A stretch of DNA of 64,000 nt from an uncultured bacterium (GTDB lineage Bacteria > Edwardsbacteria > AC1 > EtOH8): contig CAWAAX010000014.1 in the NCBI GenBank assembly GCA_963780225.1, positions 58,326-122,325 on the forward strand, read 5' to 3'. The notes under the pieces were generated by a model. That model was not told where the DNA came from and did no database searches. It was given only the letters and a program-made list of their open reading frames with translations. Shown one piece after another: positions 1 through 9,655 of the stretch; the stretch's first letter is position 1, and the number at the start of each line of letters is the position of its first letter. The translations under genes were made by a program, and so were the position numbers.

Positions 1-57
1 GTTCCCTCAAAATAACAGCGTGAGTACTAAAACATAACAATACGCAACGGCTGCAGA

Positions 58-891
58 TTATTTTTTACTAGCGATGATAATATCTTGGCCACTAGTGAAA
101 GTCGCCCTACCGCACCATGCGCCATATTTGATCGGAGGCTGAATGTGCAGCCCGTATTTTTCAAAGAGGCCGACGACGAATGCTTCATCATATGCGATGG
201 CCCGTTCAGGTGTATTTGGGTCCGTTGTCCGATATCTGCCCGCGTCATACTTAAACTTCAGCTTGCTTTTTTTCGTTGACATCATGGATACCGCTTCGTC
301 GTTCAATAAAAAAAAGGTGATCAGACAACTTCCATTACGTTTCAGTACCCGCGATATCTCTTTCATGTAGTTCTCTACGTCCGGGGGTAACATATGGGTG
401 AACACGGAAGTCAGAAAAACGAGATCAAAGGATTCGTCCTTGAACGGAAATGGATATTCAGACGCACTAAATGTACCCTCGGGGTTGTATTTCTGGCTAT
501 AGACATCTGCCAAATGAAAACTGAAGCGGGGATATTTTGGCGTGATCTTCTTCGTACACCAATCAATTCCTTCAGCGACGATGTCGAATCCTTCATAACT
601 ACCTTGTTCGTTCAGATATCTGGTAAGGGGAACGGCCATACGGCCGATACCGCAACCAATATCCAGCACCCGTTCGTTCGGTTTCAATCCGCATAAATTC
701 ACAAAATAATCAAGAAACTCATCACCTATTTTTTTAAAATCTCCATCGCCGATGAATATCATACCTCGTGGGGGGGTCATGTCGTCTCGCCGTTGACACA
801 GCCAATCGAAAGCGTCAGGGATCGAATAGTATATCCGCCGCAGCACGGGTTTCATCTTGTTCGGGATCAGCTCCTTGATAAGGTTGTTCAT
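58..891 (-). CDS. class I SAM-dependent methyltransferase (last gene of polysaccharide locus)
   Basis: 277 aa ORF with glycine-rich SAM-binding motif VLDIGCGIGRMAVPL and a downstream acidic motif typical of Methyltransf_11/23/25 proteins; sits in the glycan-synthesis gene context. Confidence 0.7.
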   Translation of the reverse strand: MNNLIKELIPNKMKPVLRRIYYSIPDAFDWLCQRRDDMTPPRGMIFIGDGDFKKIGDEFLDYFVNLCGLKPNERVLDIGCGIGRMAVPLTRYLNEQGSYEGFDIVAEGIDWCTKKITPKYPRFSFHLADVYSQKYNPEGTFSASEYPFPFKDESFDLVFLTSVFTHMLPPDVENYMKEISRVLKRNGSCLITFFLLNDEAVSMMSTKKSKLKFKYDAGRYRTTDPNTPERAIAYDEAFVVGLFEKYGLHIQPPIKYGAWCGRATFTSGQDIIIASKK

Positions 892-973
892 GCTATCCTC
901 TCTATGTTATGAATTTTTCTCTTAATGCTCGGTTATTTTTCCCAGTAAATCAGGTGACGCTCTGAGAGTACAT

Positions 974-2236
974 TTATCCGTTCGTCCCCGAGTAATCTGT
1001 TATTCCCGCCACACTGTTGAGGATCTCACACATGTGCCTATCGAGGTTATCGGACGCAGAACGGAGCGACCATTTTTCGAGTATAAGTTTTCTTCCCTGT
1101 CGCCCGAGCCTTTCGGCAAGGTCTCTATCAGTGATCAATCTTTCAATCCCTTGAGCCATTGCCCCGGGTTCTGGTTCCACAATGATCCCGTTTATAAAAT
1201 TAATAACCGTTTCCCGGACACCTGCTTCGGAAACAGCCACTATTGGTATCCCGCATGCATTTGCCTCAAGAGGTGCGTATCCAAATGGCTCAAGCCGTGG
1301 TGCATAAATCAGCATTAGGGCTTTGCTTAAAATACCAACTAATTCAGCATCGCTAATATTCTGCTTAAGTTCAATTTCGACTTCTTTACGTTGGGCAAGC
1401 TCAATGACTTCCTGAAGATATCTTTTACCAGTTATATTTGCTATTAATACCAGCTTTGGTCTTGGTTTTCTGACTAATGACATGGATTCAATGAGGAATT
1501 TCGTATCTTTTTGATAATCCACGGCCCCCAAGCTAACTATTACGTTATCCTTTTTCTTATTGCTGGGCATAAATAATTCTGTATCCAGGCCCAAATAGCA
1601 GACCTTCGCTCTCAGCCCATAGGCCCGTAAAATACTTTCCCTGCTGTAAATAGAGTTGACCAGTATTCTATCGAATGATTGTGCATTTAGAAGTTCCTCT
1701 CTAATTTGTATCCTGCGACGTCGGACGATGATAGCATCCATAATTCGTTGAATGATGTAGCTTGGCACTGCGCCTACGTTTTTAGGGGTGGCGAGAGCTA
1801 TCCAGGGGAGCTTGGGGTATGACTCATAAAGCAGACGGTATGGCTCTTGGAGGTATAAAACTTTAGGGATATTGATATATTTTCCAATTGGTGGAGCGCT
1901 AATATACAGCGAAGTATTGGCGAACATCAAATCGAAGCCACCATTGTTTATCTGCTCGGCGCAAATACGGCAATGATCGTCGAGTGCCTGAATTCTTCTA
2001 ACAAAATCCAAAGCTTCCTTGGCTTTTTGAAATGGCTTTGCCCATTTCCCTCCGATCCCTTTAAGTTCTAGTATGTTCTCATGGATCAATGAACTTAAGG
2101 GGAGGTACTTCTGATCTGCAGTTGACGGACACCATGACTCGACGGTGTGTCCTCGTTTGACCAGCCCCTTAACATGATAAAACAACGCCCGTTTCCCACC
2201 GCCGCTCGGCAAATTATGCCATACCGCAATTTTCAT
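974..2236 (-). CDS. glycosyltransferase family 4 (GT-B fold)
   Basis: 420 aa; C-terminal EX7E-like motif region EPFGYAPLEANACGIPIVAV typical of GT4 retaining glycosyltransferases. Confidence 0.75.
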   Translation of the reverse strand: MKIAVWHNLPSGGGKRALFYHVKGLVKRGHTVESWCPSTADQKYLPLSSLIHENILELKGIGGKWAKPFQKAKEALDFVRRIQALDDHCRICAEQINNGGFDLMFANTSLYISAPPIGKYINIPKVLYLQEPYRLLYESYPKLPWIALATPKNVGAVPSYIIQRIMDAIIVRRRRIQIREELLNAQSFDRILVNSIYSRESILRAYGLRAKVCYLGLDTELFMPSNKKKDNVIVSLGAVDYQKDTKFLIESMSLVRKPRPKLVLIANITGKRYLQEVIELAQRKEVEIELKQNISDAELVGILSKALMLIYAPRLEPFGYAPLEANACGIPIVAVSEAGVRETVINFINGIIVEPEPGAMAQGIERLITDRDLAERLGRQGRKLILEKWSLRSASDNLDRHMCEILNSVAGITDYSGTNG

Positions 2237-2261
2237 GTCCTCACTCCCTTCGTCCCGTTAT

Positions 2262-3914
2262 CTAACGGAGTACGGTAACTGAACGGCTGTAAACCCCGCT
2301 TGTGGTTTTTAGCCTAAGAAAATAGACCCCGGGGGCGACGCGTTTCCCTATATCGTTAGTACAATCCCACCGAACATTGAAAAAAGAACCGGGCCATCCC
2401 TGTTTGGACTTCACTATGGTAGCGACACGTTGCCCGGCAACATTATATACAATTAAATCAAATTGACCTGCCTCGGAAGTGCTGACCGGAATATTGACAT
2501 AGTTGTTCGAGGGGTTCGGATAAATTCCACTCAGCGGTTCATTCGAGGTGCTGAAGGCATAAACCGGAGACGATACTCGTTTATTGAAGGGATTGACCGC
2601 CTCAACCATCCAGTAATACGTCGTATTTCGCCTCAAGTTGGATTTCAGCTGATAGTGCGTATCATACGTTGAATCAAGCGGTGAACCAAGCGATGATTGG
2701 TCGGCGGAAAGATATACATGGTACTTAACGCGGCAACCGAAGTTTAGGGAATCGCTCGCGGCCTGCCACCACAACACAGGAAGCAAGGATGTGTTTTTGA
2801 TCCCGTTTTCCGGAAAAACGAGATCGAACGGTGCCGGCTGGCCGCTTATGGTGCCGCTGACCCAGATCGGGCTGGACCAGACCATCCCGTTCGAATACAG
2901 GGTCCGTATCCGAACGTAATAACAAGACGGGTATTCAAATGTGGTGTCGGCCCACGAGATCGAATCTGTGGTCGCCGTCGTATATATCTTGACATAGGCA
3001 ACTCGATTGTTCTTGATTATTTCCAGCGAGGTGACGGGCATGGGGCTCGTGAAGGAGATCGCCAGTATCGGGTCTGCAGTGATATTGATTTCCTCGCCCA
3101 TGTTATGACCGTCTATCGTAAAAGATAGCCGTACCCTGGGTCCGGTTGTTGCATAGCATCTTCGCTGCCGCAATGCTTGCATTATTGTTTCCCGCGTCAA
3201 TGTATCGGCGATAATCGCCGTCAACCCTCTTTTGCCAGGACGGCCGTCGTGCGCATCCCCGACGCCCATCAACCCGAACCGAAAACCAGTTTTCAAGGCA
3301 TCCTGCACGTAGCTACCGGGCACAGTAATGCTGTCCGGCGGCCCCCAGAAATTCCCATAATACTCAAACCGGTAGCCGTTCCACCCGGTGATCTCAATAT
3401 TGCGCATCAGATCGTTTTCAAAGTTCCAGGACTGCGAAAGACTTATGTAGGGATGAGCCATATGGCACAAGTATGTACCTTTTTTCAGGGCACCCAACAA
3501 CTCACGGACATCGTCAGTCTCTATGTTATGGACGCTGTGAAGGGTTTGGGTATCGGTCAGACAGTAGACCGGGACATGAAAATATCCCCAAGACCATTCC
3601 CAACCCGGAAAAGCTACAAAACGCCCATCTTGATTGAACGCACGGGCAACCTGTTGCACTTCCGACCACTCGAAGGCATCCAGATTGAAGTACCTGGTCA
3701 AGTAATCGTGATCGGTGACTGCCGCAAAATCTAGTTGCGAGGAATCCCGGCAGTACCGGAAATAATCGAACACGCTCCCGTTACCGTCGGACATATTTGT
3801 ATGCCCATGCATGTCCCCCCAATAATATTGTTCCCCGCTCGCTTGGTGGACAAAGGCCATGAACACAATACCGGCCAGAAGATAGACGGTATTTTTCACT
3901 TTCTTATAGTTCAT
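2262..3914 (-). CDS. secreted PHP-domain (polymerase/histidinol-phosphatase-like) metallophosphoesterase with C-terminal T9SS sorting domain
   Basis: 550 aa; N-terminal signal peptide; His-rich PHP motifs (MHGHTNMSDGNGS, AVTDHDY, GDAHDG); the central region looks beta-sandwich/FN3-like; the C-terminal ~80 aa end ...GVYFLRLKTTSGVYSRSVTVLR, which resembles a Por_Secre_tail/T9SS C-terminal domain. Confidence 0.6.
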   Translation of the reverse strand: MNYKKVKNTVYLLAGIVFMAFVHQASGEQYYWGDMHGHTNMSDGNGSVFDYFRYCRDSSQLDFAAVTDHDYLTRYFNLDAFEWSEVQQVARAFNQDGRFVAFPGWEWSWGYFHVPVYCLTDTQTLHSVHNIETDDVRELLGALKKGTYLCHMAHPYISLSQSWNFENDLMRNIEITGWNGYRFEYYGNFWGPPDSITVPGSYVQDALKTGFRFGLMGVGDAHDGRPGKRGLTAIIADTLTRETIMQALRQRRCYATTGPRVRLSFTIDGHNMGEEINITADPILAISFTSPMPVTSLEIIKNNRVAYVKIYTTATTDSISWADTTFEYPSCYYVRIRTLYSNGMVWSSPIWVSGTISGQPAPFDLVFPENGIKNTSLLPVLWWQAASDSLNFGCRVKYHVYLSADQSSLGSPLDSTYDTHYQLKSNLRRNTTYYWMVEAVNPFNKRVSSPVYAFSTSNEPLSGIYPNPSNNYVNIPVSTSEAGQFDLIVYNVAGQRVATIVKSKQGWPGSFFNVRWDCTNDIGKRVAPGVYFLRLKTTSGVYSRSVTVLR

Positions 3915-5107
3915 CGGCCTGACCCTGCTGTTGAGAAAACCGACGCGATCGTGCTTACCGTTGCGCTACCGGAATAGAGCGTTTGGCCCAGGTACCGGTT
4001 CCGCCGTGCGAAGGCATCCACCGTCTGCCCAGAAGTCATCAATCGTTCCAACGCTTTTGCAAGTGCTGCGGCATCCCCGTTAGAAAAGAGGTATCCGTTC
4101 TCGCCATCTACGATTAGCTCGCTGTTGCCTGCCGTTTCGCTAGCGATTACCGCGCAACCGCAACCTATGGCCCTGATGAGATTGCCGCTGACCGGGATTA
4201 ATCGATCGTTATTCCGAAGGTCCGTTGAGATATAAATAGTTGCCCGGCGAAATAACTCCTCATACGTTGTGATCGGCATCGTTTCCAGAATTCTAATAAT
4301 ACTCCCCCACTTCCCAGATGTAACATGTCGCTGGAAATCTTGATAGCATCGCCGGCTGGAAGGAATATCCAGCATCCCGCCGCCGACAATGACCGTCCAG
4401 CTATCAAATACATGGGCATCGCACGAACGCAACAATTTCAGAGCGTCGAGCAATACGTCGAGACCCCGGCGGGGAGACCAGAACCCTGCCGATACTATCA
4501 CCCTGTCCTTCGCCAAGTGGGTCGGCTGGCCAGGCACGTCAGCATCTTGTAGGGTGAACGGAGCAATGGTGGTGATCTTCCCCGAAACCGCCGGGAACCG
4601 CCGGCGCAACGCTGCATTTCCTTTTTCGGACAACACGAATACCCTCGAGCACCGTTGCATAACCAATATTTCAAGGAACCGGGTCAGCGCAAACGAAACG
4701 ATCCGCTTCATAGCTCGTTGGAGTATGCTCCGTCCCGCAAGGCCACACTGCTGGACCGGATGGTCGATGACATGTGGCGGATCATGAACCGTTACCATGA
4801 TCGGTATACTGCGATTCAACAAACCAAGAACTAGGGTATAATAAAATTCAAGGTAACACAATACTCCGATTTCCGCGTGCACTACATCATATTTTTCAAT
4901 CGCTTTCCCATCATTCATGGCCTTAACCTGTCGGTATACATTTAATAAATGCGTTCCACTCTTTTCACACTCGATGGTATCTCCGGATTGATTATAGAAC
5001 TCCGCCCGATGGTTGGAATATTGATGTAACAATTTCTGGAATCGTTCAGCGTAATTTACAATTCCGTTAAGCCGGGGCCGCTGCGGTGCTATGTAAAGAA
5101 TTCTCAT
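3911..5107 (-). CDS. glycosyltransferase (GT4-like, GT-B fold)
   Basis: 398 aa; architecture and C-terminal motifs of the glycosyltransferase group 1 family; 4-nt ATGA-type overlap with the upstream gene, suggesting translational coupling. Confidence 0.65.
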   Translation of the reverse strand: MRILYIAPQRPRLNGIVNYAERFQKLLHQYSNHRAEFYNQSGDTIECEKSGTHLLNVYRQVKAMNDGKAIEKYDVVHAEIGVLCYLEFYYTLVLGLLNRSIPIMVTVHDPPHVIDHPVQQCGLAGRSILQRAMKRIVSFALTRFLEILVMQRCSRVFVLSEKGNAALRRRFPAVSGKITTIAPFTLQDADVPGQPTHLAKDRVIVSAGFWSPRRGLDVLLDALKLLRSCDAHVFDSWTVIVGGGMLDIPSSRRCYQDFQRHVTSGKWGSIIRILETMPITTYEELFRRATIYISTDLRNNDRLIPVSGNLIRAIGCGCAVIASETAGNSELIVDGENGYLFSNGDAAALAKALERLMTSGQTVDAFARRNRYLGQTLYSGSATVSTIASVFSTAGSGR

Positions 5108-6264
5108 ATGATACCTCGAAAATAGATTTCCGTGGTTGAGCGCACCATGTCTCGATCAGCATTCAGTCGCACCCATCGTTTCCCGGACCGGATCAGAGCA
5201 TTTCGTTTTTGCGGGTGCTGGTGCAGGTCTTCCATCGCTCTGGTGATTTCCGATTCGGAATAGGGATCAACCAGATACGCCGCGCCCCCCGCGATTTCCT
5301 TCATCGAGGAGGCATTTGATGTTATTACTGGCACGCCGGCCTTCATTGCCTCCAGAACGGGCAATCCAAAACCTTCCAATAATGATGGATACACCACTAT
5401 CTCGGCGCTACTTACCAACCGCTGTACCAACTCGATCTGAATTTCCCCGGTAAAAACAACCGATCGGCCGATGCCCAATTCGCCGGCGTATTTCATCATT
5501 TCCCGTGCAAACGGCGTGGTTGAGCGACCGGTGATGACGAGCCGGTGATCCTTCACTTGTGTTTGACCGACAAATGCGCGGTAAGCACGGAGCAGTCGCT
5601 CGATATTTTTCCGATGATCGATCCCACCATTGTGAAGAAAATATCCCGATGGGATCGACAGCAAATCACGATCGTGCGGGCTCAAACAAGTATCATCCTG
5701 TACAGACAAGGAGAGATTTGTCGGCCAGATAACTTCTATTTTCTCCCCAGAGATGCCCAGATGTTTCACAATATCACCACGTGAGTCCTCGGAATCGGTT
5801 ATAATCGCATCGGCGATCCGGGCATCAATCCGGAGCGTCCTTGTCAGCCGGAACCTCCGCAATTGATTCTGGACAGCACCCGGGAACAACAGGGGGATAA
5901 CGTCATGGATGGTGACCACCTTTCGGCCGGAATAGCACCAGGGAAGGCCTATGTTGTTCGTGGCATGATACACTTCGATCCTCCATTCTCTCAGCATAAG
6001 CGGTAACCAGACTTGCTCCCAATAAAAGGCCCTGGTATTTTCCTTAGTTATGAATTCCAATGCATCCGCGATTTGATACGGGAGGCCTGTCAGAGGCCCA
6101 TCATGAAAAAGAAACAATTGGAACCGTGGGTCATCCTGCAATCCGGTGATCAGTTCCCTGATATACCGGCCAACCCCGCACGGATTCTTGCTATCCCGGA
6201 TGTCGATGCCGACGCGCAGCCGTCCGTCCGCCGTCCCGGCGGTGTGGTCATGCAAAATCGTCAC
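5104..6264 (-). CDS. glycosyltransferase family 4
   Basis: 386 aa; motif EGFGLPVLEAMKAGVPVITSNASSMKEIAGGAAYLVDP is the classic GT4 EX7E region. Confidence 0.7.
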   Translation of the reverse strand: MTILHDHTAGTADGRLRVGIDIRDSKNPCGVGRYIRELITGLQDDPRFQLFLFHDGPLTGLPYQIADALEFITKENTRAFYWEQVWLPLMLREWRIEVYHATNNIGLPWCYSGRKVVTIHDVIPLLFPGAVQNQLRRFRLTRTLRIDARIADAIITDSEDSRGDIVKHLGISGEKIEVIWPTNLSLSVQDDTCLSPHDRDLLSIPSGYFLHNGGIDHRKNIERLLRAYRAFVGQTQVKDHRLVITGRSTTPFAREMMKYAGELGIGRSVVFTGEIQIELVQRLVSSAEIVVYPSLLEGFGLPVLEAMKAGVPVITSNASSMKEIAGGAAYLVDPYSESEITRAMEDLHQHPQKRNALIRSGKRWVRLNADRDMVRSTTEIYFRGII

Positions 6265-7297
6265 CGGCCACGACCCCCTGGAAAGCTTTATAATAACGGT
6301 TGCGCTTGATTACCTCGGCATAGCTCATGCCGCCCGCCTCGCGTGACGGCGGGATGGAAAGATACCCGTCGCGCGAACAGTCAAGCAGCATCGCATGATC
6401 GCGAACCGACTCATAAATAAGATGAGTAAGCAGCAATTCCCTAATGACATTCTCGCCCGGCATCGTGCGCTCGGCAAGCCGCCGAAACTGGGCTTGAGCG
6501 TATCTCGAGAATTCATCACGACCTTCTGCTATCTGCCTGATCGCAGCCAGGTAGTCGGATGTTGAAGGCGGGATGCGATAGAGCACGATCGCCATGGAAA
6601 GGAAAAGATGGAAAGCATCCGATACTGGAAAACCGTTGTGCCGTGAAAATTCCCAGTCAATCACCTTGATATCTTGTGCCCCCGTGCACAGAACGTGGGT
6701 GTGCCAGAGATCGCCATGCTGGTAGCAGCGAGCTGATGCGTGCTTCGCCCAGAAGGCATCAAGCCGGTTGAACACCTCTTCCTGTTTGTCACTCTTGTAA
6801 CTCATCGCATATAATTTGCTAAAAGATCGGCGTAACCCTGCCCACGAGGAAGCGGCATCACCGGAGCCACCCACGGGCAGCGACGCAAGCGTGCACAGGA
6901 ACTCATCGATTGACCGGAAAGAACGGTCGCTGTAAAAATCAATGTCCGAATTGTAAACTAAGCCCAGATCATTATCATTGCGAACGAATTCCTCGATAAG
7001 CACTTTGCGCCCTTGCCATTGCCCGAGCGCATGAACCGCCGGGATGAACGGCCGCAGCGGGGAAACGCCGAGATTAGCAAGCGTTTTGTATTCACCCTCA
7101 AGCCAGGGATTGCCCTCTTTTGTCCTTGATGTCTTGCCCCAGAACGTGGGGTGCGGGACAGACCCGGTAAAAACCCAGAAAACCACATTGCCTCGGAAAC
7201 CTTGGCGTCCTTTGCCAATGATCAACGAGACGGCTTCGCCGTTCCCCAACAACCCCTGCTGACGAAGTATTTCCCTGACGGTTTTCACTAAGCCCAT
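6248..7297 (-). CDS. phosphotransferase of the APH/choline-kinase (protein-kinase-like) fold, probable sugar or small-molecule kinase
   Basis: Brenner-like motif HGDLWHTHVL and IDWEF (D-x-E) motif. The ORF-track start at 7507 is an N-terminal over-extension: an ATG at 7295-7297 (MGLVKTV...) is preceded by GAAAGGAGGCG and overlaps the upstream stop codon by 1 nt. Confidence 0.6.
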   Translation of the reverse strand: MGLVKTVREILRQQGLLGNGEAVSLIIGKGRQGFRGNVVFWVFTGSVPHPTFWGKTSRTKEGNPWLEGEYKTLANLGVSPLRPFIPAVHALGQWQGRKVLIEEFVRNDNDLGLVYNSDIDFYSDRSFRSIDEFLCTLASLPVGGSGDAASSWAGLRRSFSKLYAMSYKSDKQEEVFNRLDAFWAKHASARCYQHGDLWHTHVLCTGAQDIKVIDWEFSRHNGFPVSDAFHLFLSMAIVLYRIPPSTSDYLAAIRQIAEGRDEFSRYAQAQFRRLAERTMPGENVIRELLLTHLIYESVRDHAMLLDCSRDGYLSIPPSREAGGMSYAEVIKRNRYYKAFQGVVAGDDFA

Positions 7298-8355
7298 TAT
7301 CGCCTCCTTTCCGCGATAATGCCAAACGCGGGGCAAAATGCAGCTTGCGCGTTTATCGCGAAAAGAAAAGCAGCAATCACCATTTTCAGAGGAGTCAACG
7401 GAGTTACCCGCCGGAGCTTCATGCTGACCATATGCTTCAGTTCCCGGTTGCGGGATATCGGCACGAAATACTTCGGCCACTGGTATGCGGGCAGCGGTGC
7501 CCAGCAATTATCGAGGGTAACGGCATAACCAGCATTCTGCATCATGTTGCACAGGTGCCGTACAGTATGAGTGTAGGTCCGGTAGGGCCTTTTCAAAAAG
7601 ATGTGAGAAATCACGTTCGAAACTGCGCGTGGAAGCAAGGTGGTAAACCGCAGGTTGGTATGGTCAAAGGCTCCCAGGAAATAGTTGAACCCAATTCTGT
7701 TTTCGATCGCGAGATACAGTTTTCCGCCGGGTTTCAATATTCTGAACAGCGCCTTGAGACACGCCATTTGCGCTAGCTCAGGAGCCATCGTCCCGATGGT
7801 CTCGGGCACCCACTCCAGCACGCCGTTGAGGATCACCAAATCAAATGATTTCGATGCAAACGGCAGGTTTAACAGATCTAAATGATGCATCTTGGTGATA
7901 TTTTTTATGCCGTCTTGAGAGGTCCGAACGTTCAGCAATTCCAGCCGCGAGGTGCTAGCATCAAGGGCGACGACACGCCGGACTTGTTTGGCGAGCGCGA
8001 CCGATAATGAGCCATAACCACATCCGACGTCAAGGACGGACGCATCACCATCAAGGCCAATGATATACTGCCAGTCCGCCCTGCTCTCGTCGGTGGCCAC
8101 CTGGTAGACATATGGTTTATCCCTGCGCAGTTTATCATGAAGTGCATTCTTCCACCCTTCGTGCCGTGCAGTCGCGATGAGTGATTGCAACTGTTGCTCC
8201 TCCATTTCCCCGTCCCAATAAATATCCTTTGCCAAGAAACTGACGATCCCGTCTTCCTCCCGAAAATGCTCGCACCGATCGGTGGTCATAGCCTCAATCG
8301 GAAATGTTTTATGGCACACCGGGCACTGCCACCGACAAGTAACATCTTTATTCAC
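7297..8355 (-). CDS. SAM-dependent methyltransferase with N-terminal Cys4 zinc-ribbon
   Basis: 352 aa; N-terminal C-x2-C ... C-x-H cluster (CRWQCPVCHK...DRCEHF) followed by methyltransferase motif I VLDVGCGYGSLS. Confidence 0.65.
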   Translation of the reverse strand: MNKDVTCRWQCPVCHKTFPIEAMTTDRCEHFREEDGIVSFLAKDIYWDGEMEEQQLQSLIATARHEGWKNALHDKLRRDKPYVYQVATDESRADWQYIIGLDGDASVLDVGCGYGSLSVALAKQVRRVVALDASTSRLELLNVRTSQDGIKNITKMHHLDLLNLPFASKSFDLVILNGVLEWVPETIGTMAPELAQMACLKALFRILKPGGKLYLAIENRIGFNYFLGAFDHTNLRFTTLLPRAVSNVISHIFLKRPYRTYTHTVRHLCNMMQNAGYAVTLDNCWAPLPAYQWPKYFVPISRNRELKHMVSMKLRRVTPLTPLKMVIAAFLFAINAQAAFCPAFGIIAERRR

Positions 8356-9655
8356 TGTTCTGCGATCCTTTTTCCCGATGATATAATAAATAGTACAAGT
8401 ATAGTGCTATAACAATAAAACCGAATAATCGCATCGCACAACTGACCCAGGCAGCTCCAAGACCTCCCCATCTGGGGACCGCCCACAGGTCGCCGAAATA
8501 GTTTATCAATAGCTGTACGAAATTCAATGCGGTAATGATGTATGCCTTGTCCATGGCATAGAGCACTACGGCGATGGGATGGTGGACTATCCCGATGATG
8601 AATCCTATTACCATTACTTGAAATACCGGGAAGCCCTGCTGATACCCCCGGCCGAACAGAAGAAGGAAAACCGGCCCGGCAAAAAATATGGTGATCAACA
8701 GGGCCGCGGCCAAGGGGATGGTCATGCGGGTCGTTCTCCTGATATCGTCACGGAACTCTTTAGGCGTCCGGTAGGTGGCGACCTTCGGTAGGAGGACTGC
8801 GATCACTGACGAGGTGACCGCGCTAAAAAAGAACGAAAGCCGGTAGGCCGAGGAAAAGATCCCTGTCTCGGCCGGGGTCGTGTAGCGGGCCATCATGAAA
8901 ATATCGATCCGGCTGATCACCATCACACTCAGGCTCGATAGCCACACCCACTTCCCGAAATTCAGCAGCCGTTTCCAGGATTCGAAATTAATCCCTCCGA
9001 ACGATAGCTCTCTGCGATACAGCCCCCATAACCACAACGCACCGTAGAGCAGCGGCACCAACGAGAACACCAACAGCAGGACCGTTGGGCTCCTTTGCCC
9101 CAAACCGAAAATCGTCGCGGCGATGGCCACCACTATCAGCGCCGCCCTGATCCCGATGAACAGAAGATTCCGGGTGTACTTTCCGCACGCGATATAGTAA
9201 TTAGATATAAAGGAAACCACGGATAGGCCGAGCACACCGATGACTGAAACCTGCAGGAGTTTGGTCTCTATGTTGCCATGGAATATCGCCCCGCTCCAGA
9301 AATTGCCGGCGGCAAGGACCAAGGCCACGACCACGATCGCCGCCAGGGTGCGGATGATCAGGGCGGCATCGAACACCTGCTGGGCCTGGACCGTCCGGCC
9401 TTCGTTGATGTACTGACGGCCATAACGTTGCACGCTGACGGACGTTCCCATGTCCGAAAGCTCGGTGTTCAGACTCATGAAACTGGTTGCTACCGTGATC
9501 CTGCCAAATGACTCCGGCCCCAGGAATCGGGAAAGCACTATCAAATTAAACAACCCTGCGAAAGCGTCGACGACCCTGGAACCGAAAGCCAGCATCATGT
9601 CCCGTGCCGTCGGGCCCCACCACAAGGAAACGTATCTGCGGATGAGCTTGATCAT
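8348..9655 (-). CDS. oligosaccharide flippase (Wzx-like, MOP superfamily)
   Basis: Polytopic membrane protein with the profile of Wzx/polysaccharide biosynthesis proteins. The true start is likely the ATG at 9653-9655 (MIKLIRRYVSLWW...), which overlaps the stop of the upstream wzy-like gene in an ATGA arrangement; the ORF-track N-terminal Arg-rich extension looks spurious. Confidence 0.65.
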   Translation of the reverse strand: MIKLIRRYVSLWWGPTARDMMLAFGSRVVDAFAGLFNLIVLSRFLGPESFGRITVATSFMSLNTELSDMGTSVSVQRYGRQYINEGRTVQAQQVFDAALIIRTLAAIVVVALVLAAGNFWSGAIFHGNIETKLLQVSVIGVLGLSVVSFISNYYIACGKYTRNLLFIGIRAALIVVAIAATIFGLGQRSPTVLLLVFSLVPLLYGALWLWGLYRRELSFGGINFESWKRLLNFGKWVWLSSLSVMVISRIDIFMMARYTTPAETGIFSSAYRLSFFFSAVTSSVIAVLLPKVATYRTPKEFRDDIRRTTRMTIPLAAALLITIFFAGPVFLLLFGRGYQQGFPVFQVMVIGFIIGIVHHPIAVVLYAMDKAYIITALNFVQLLINYFGDLWAVPRWGGLGAAWVSCAMRLFGFIVIALYLYYLLYHREKGSQNSE

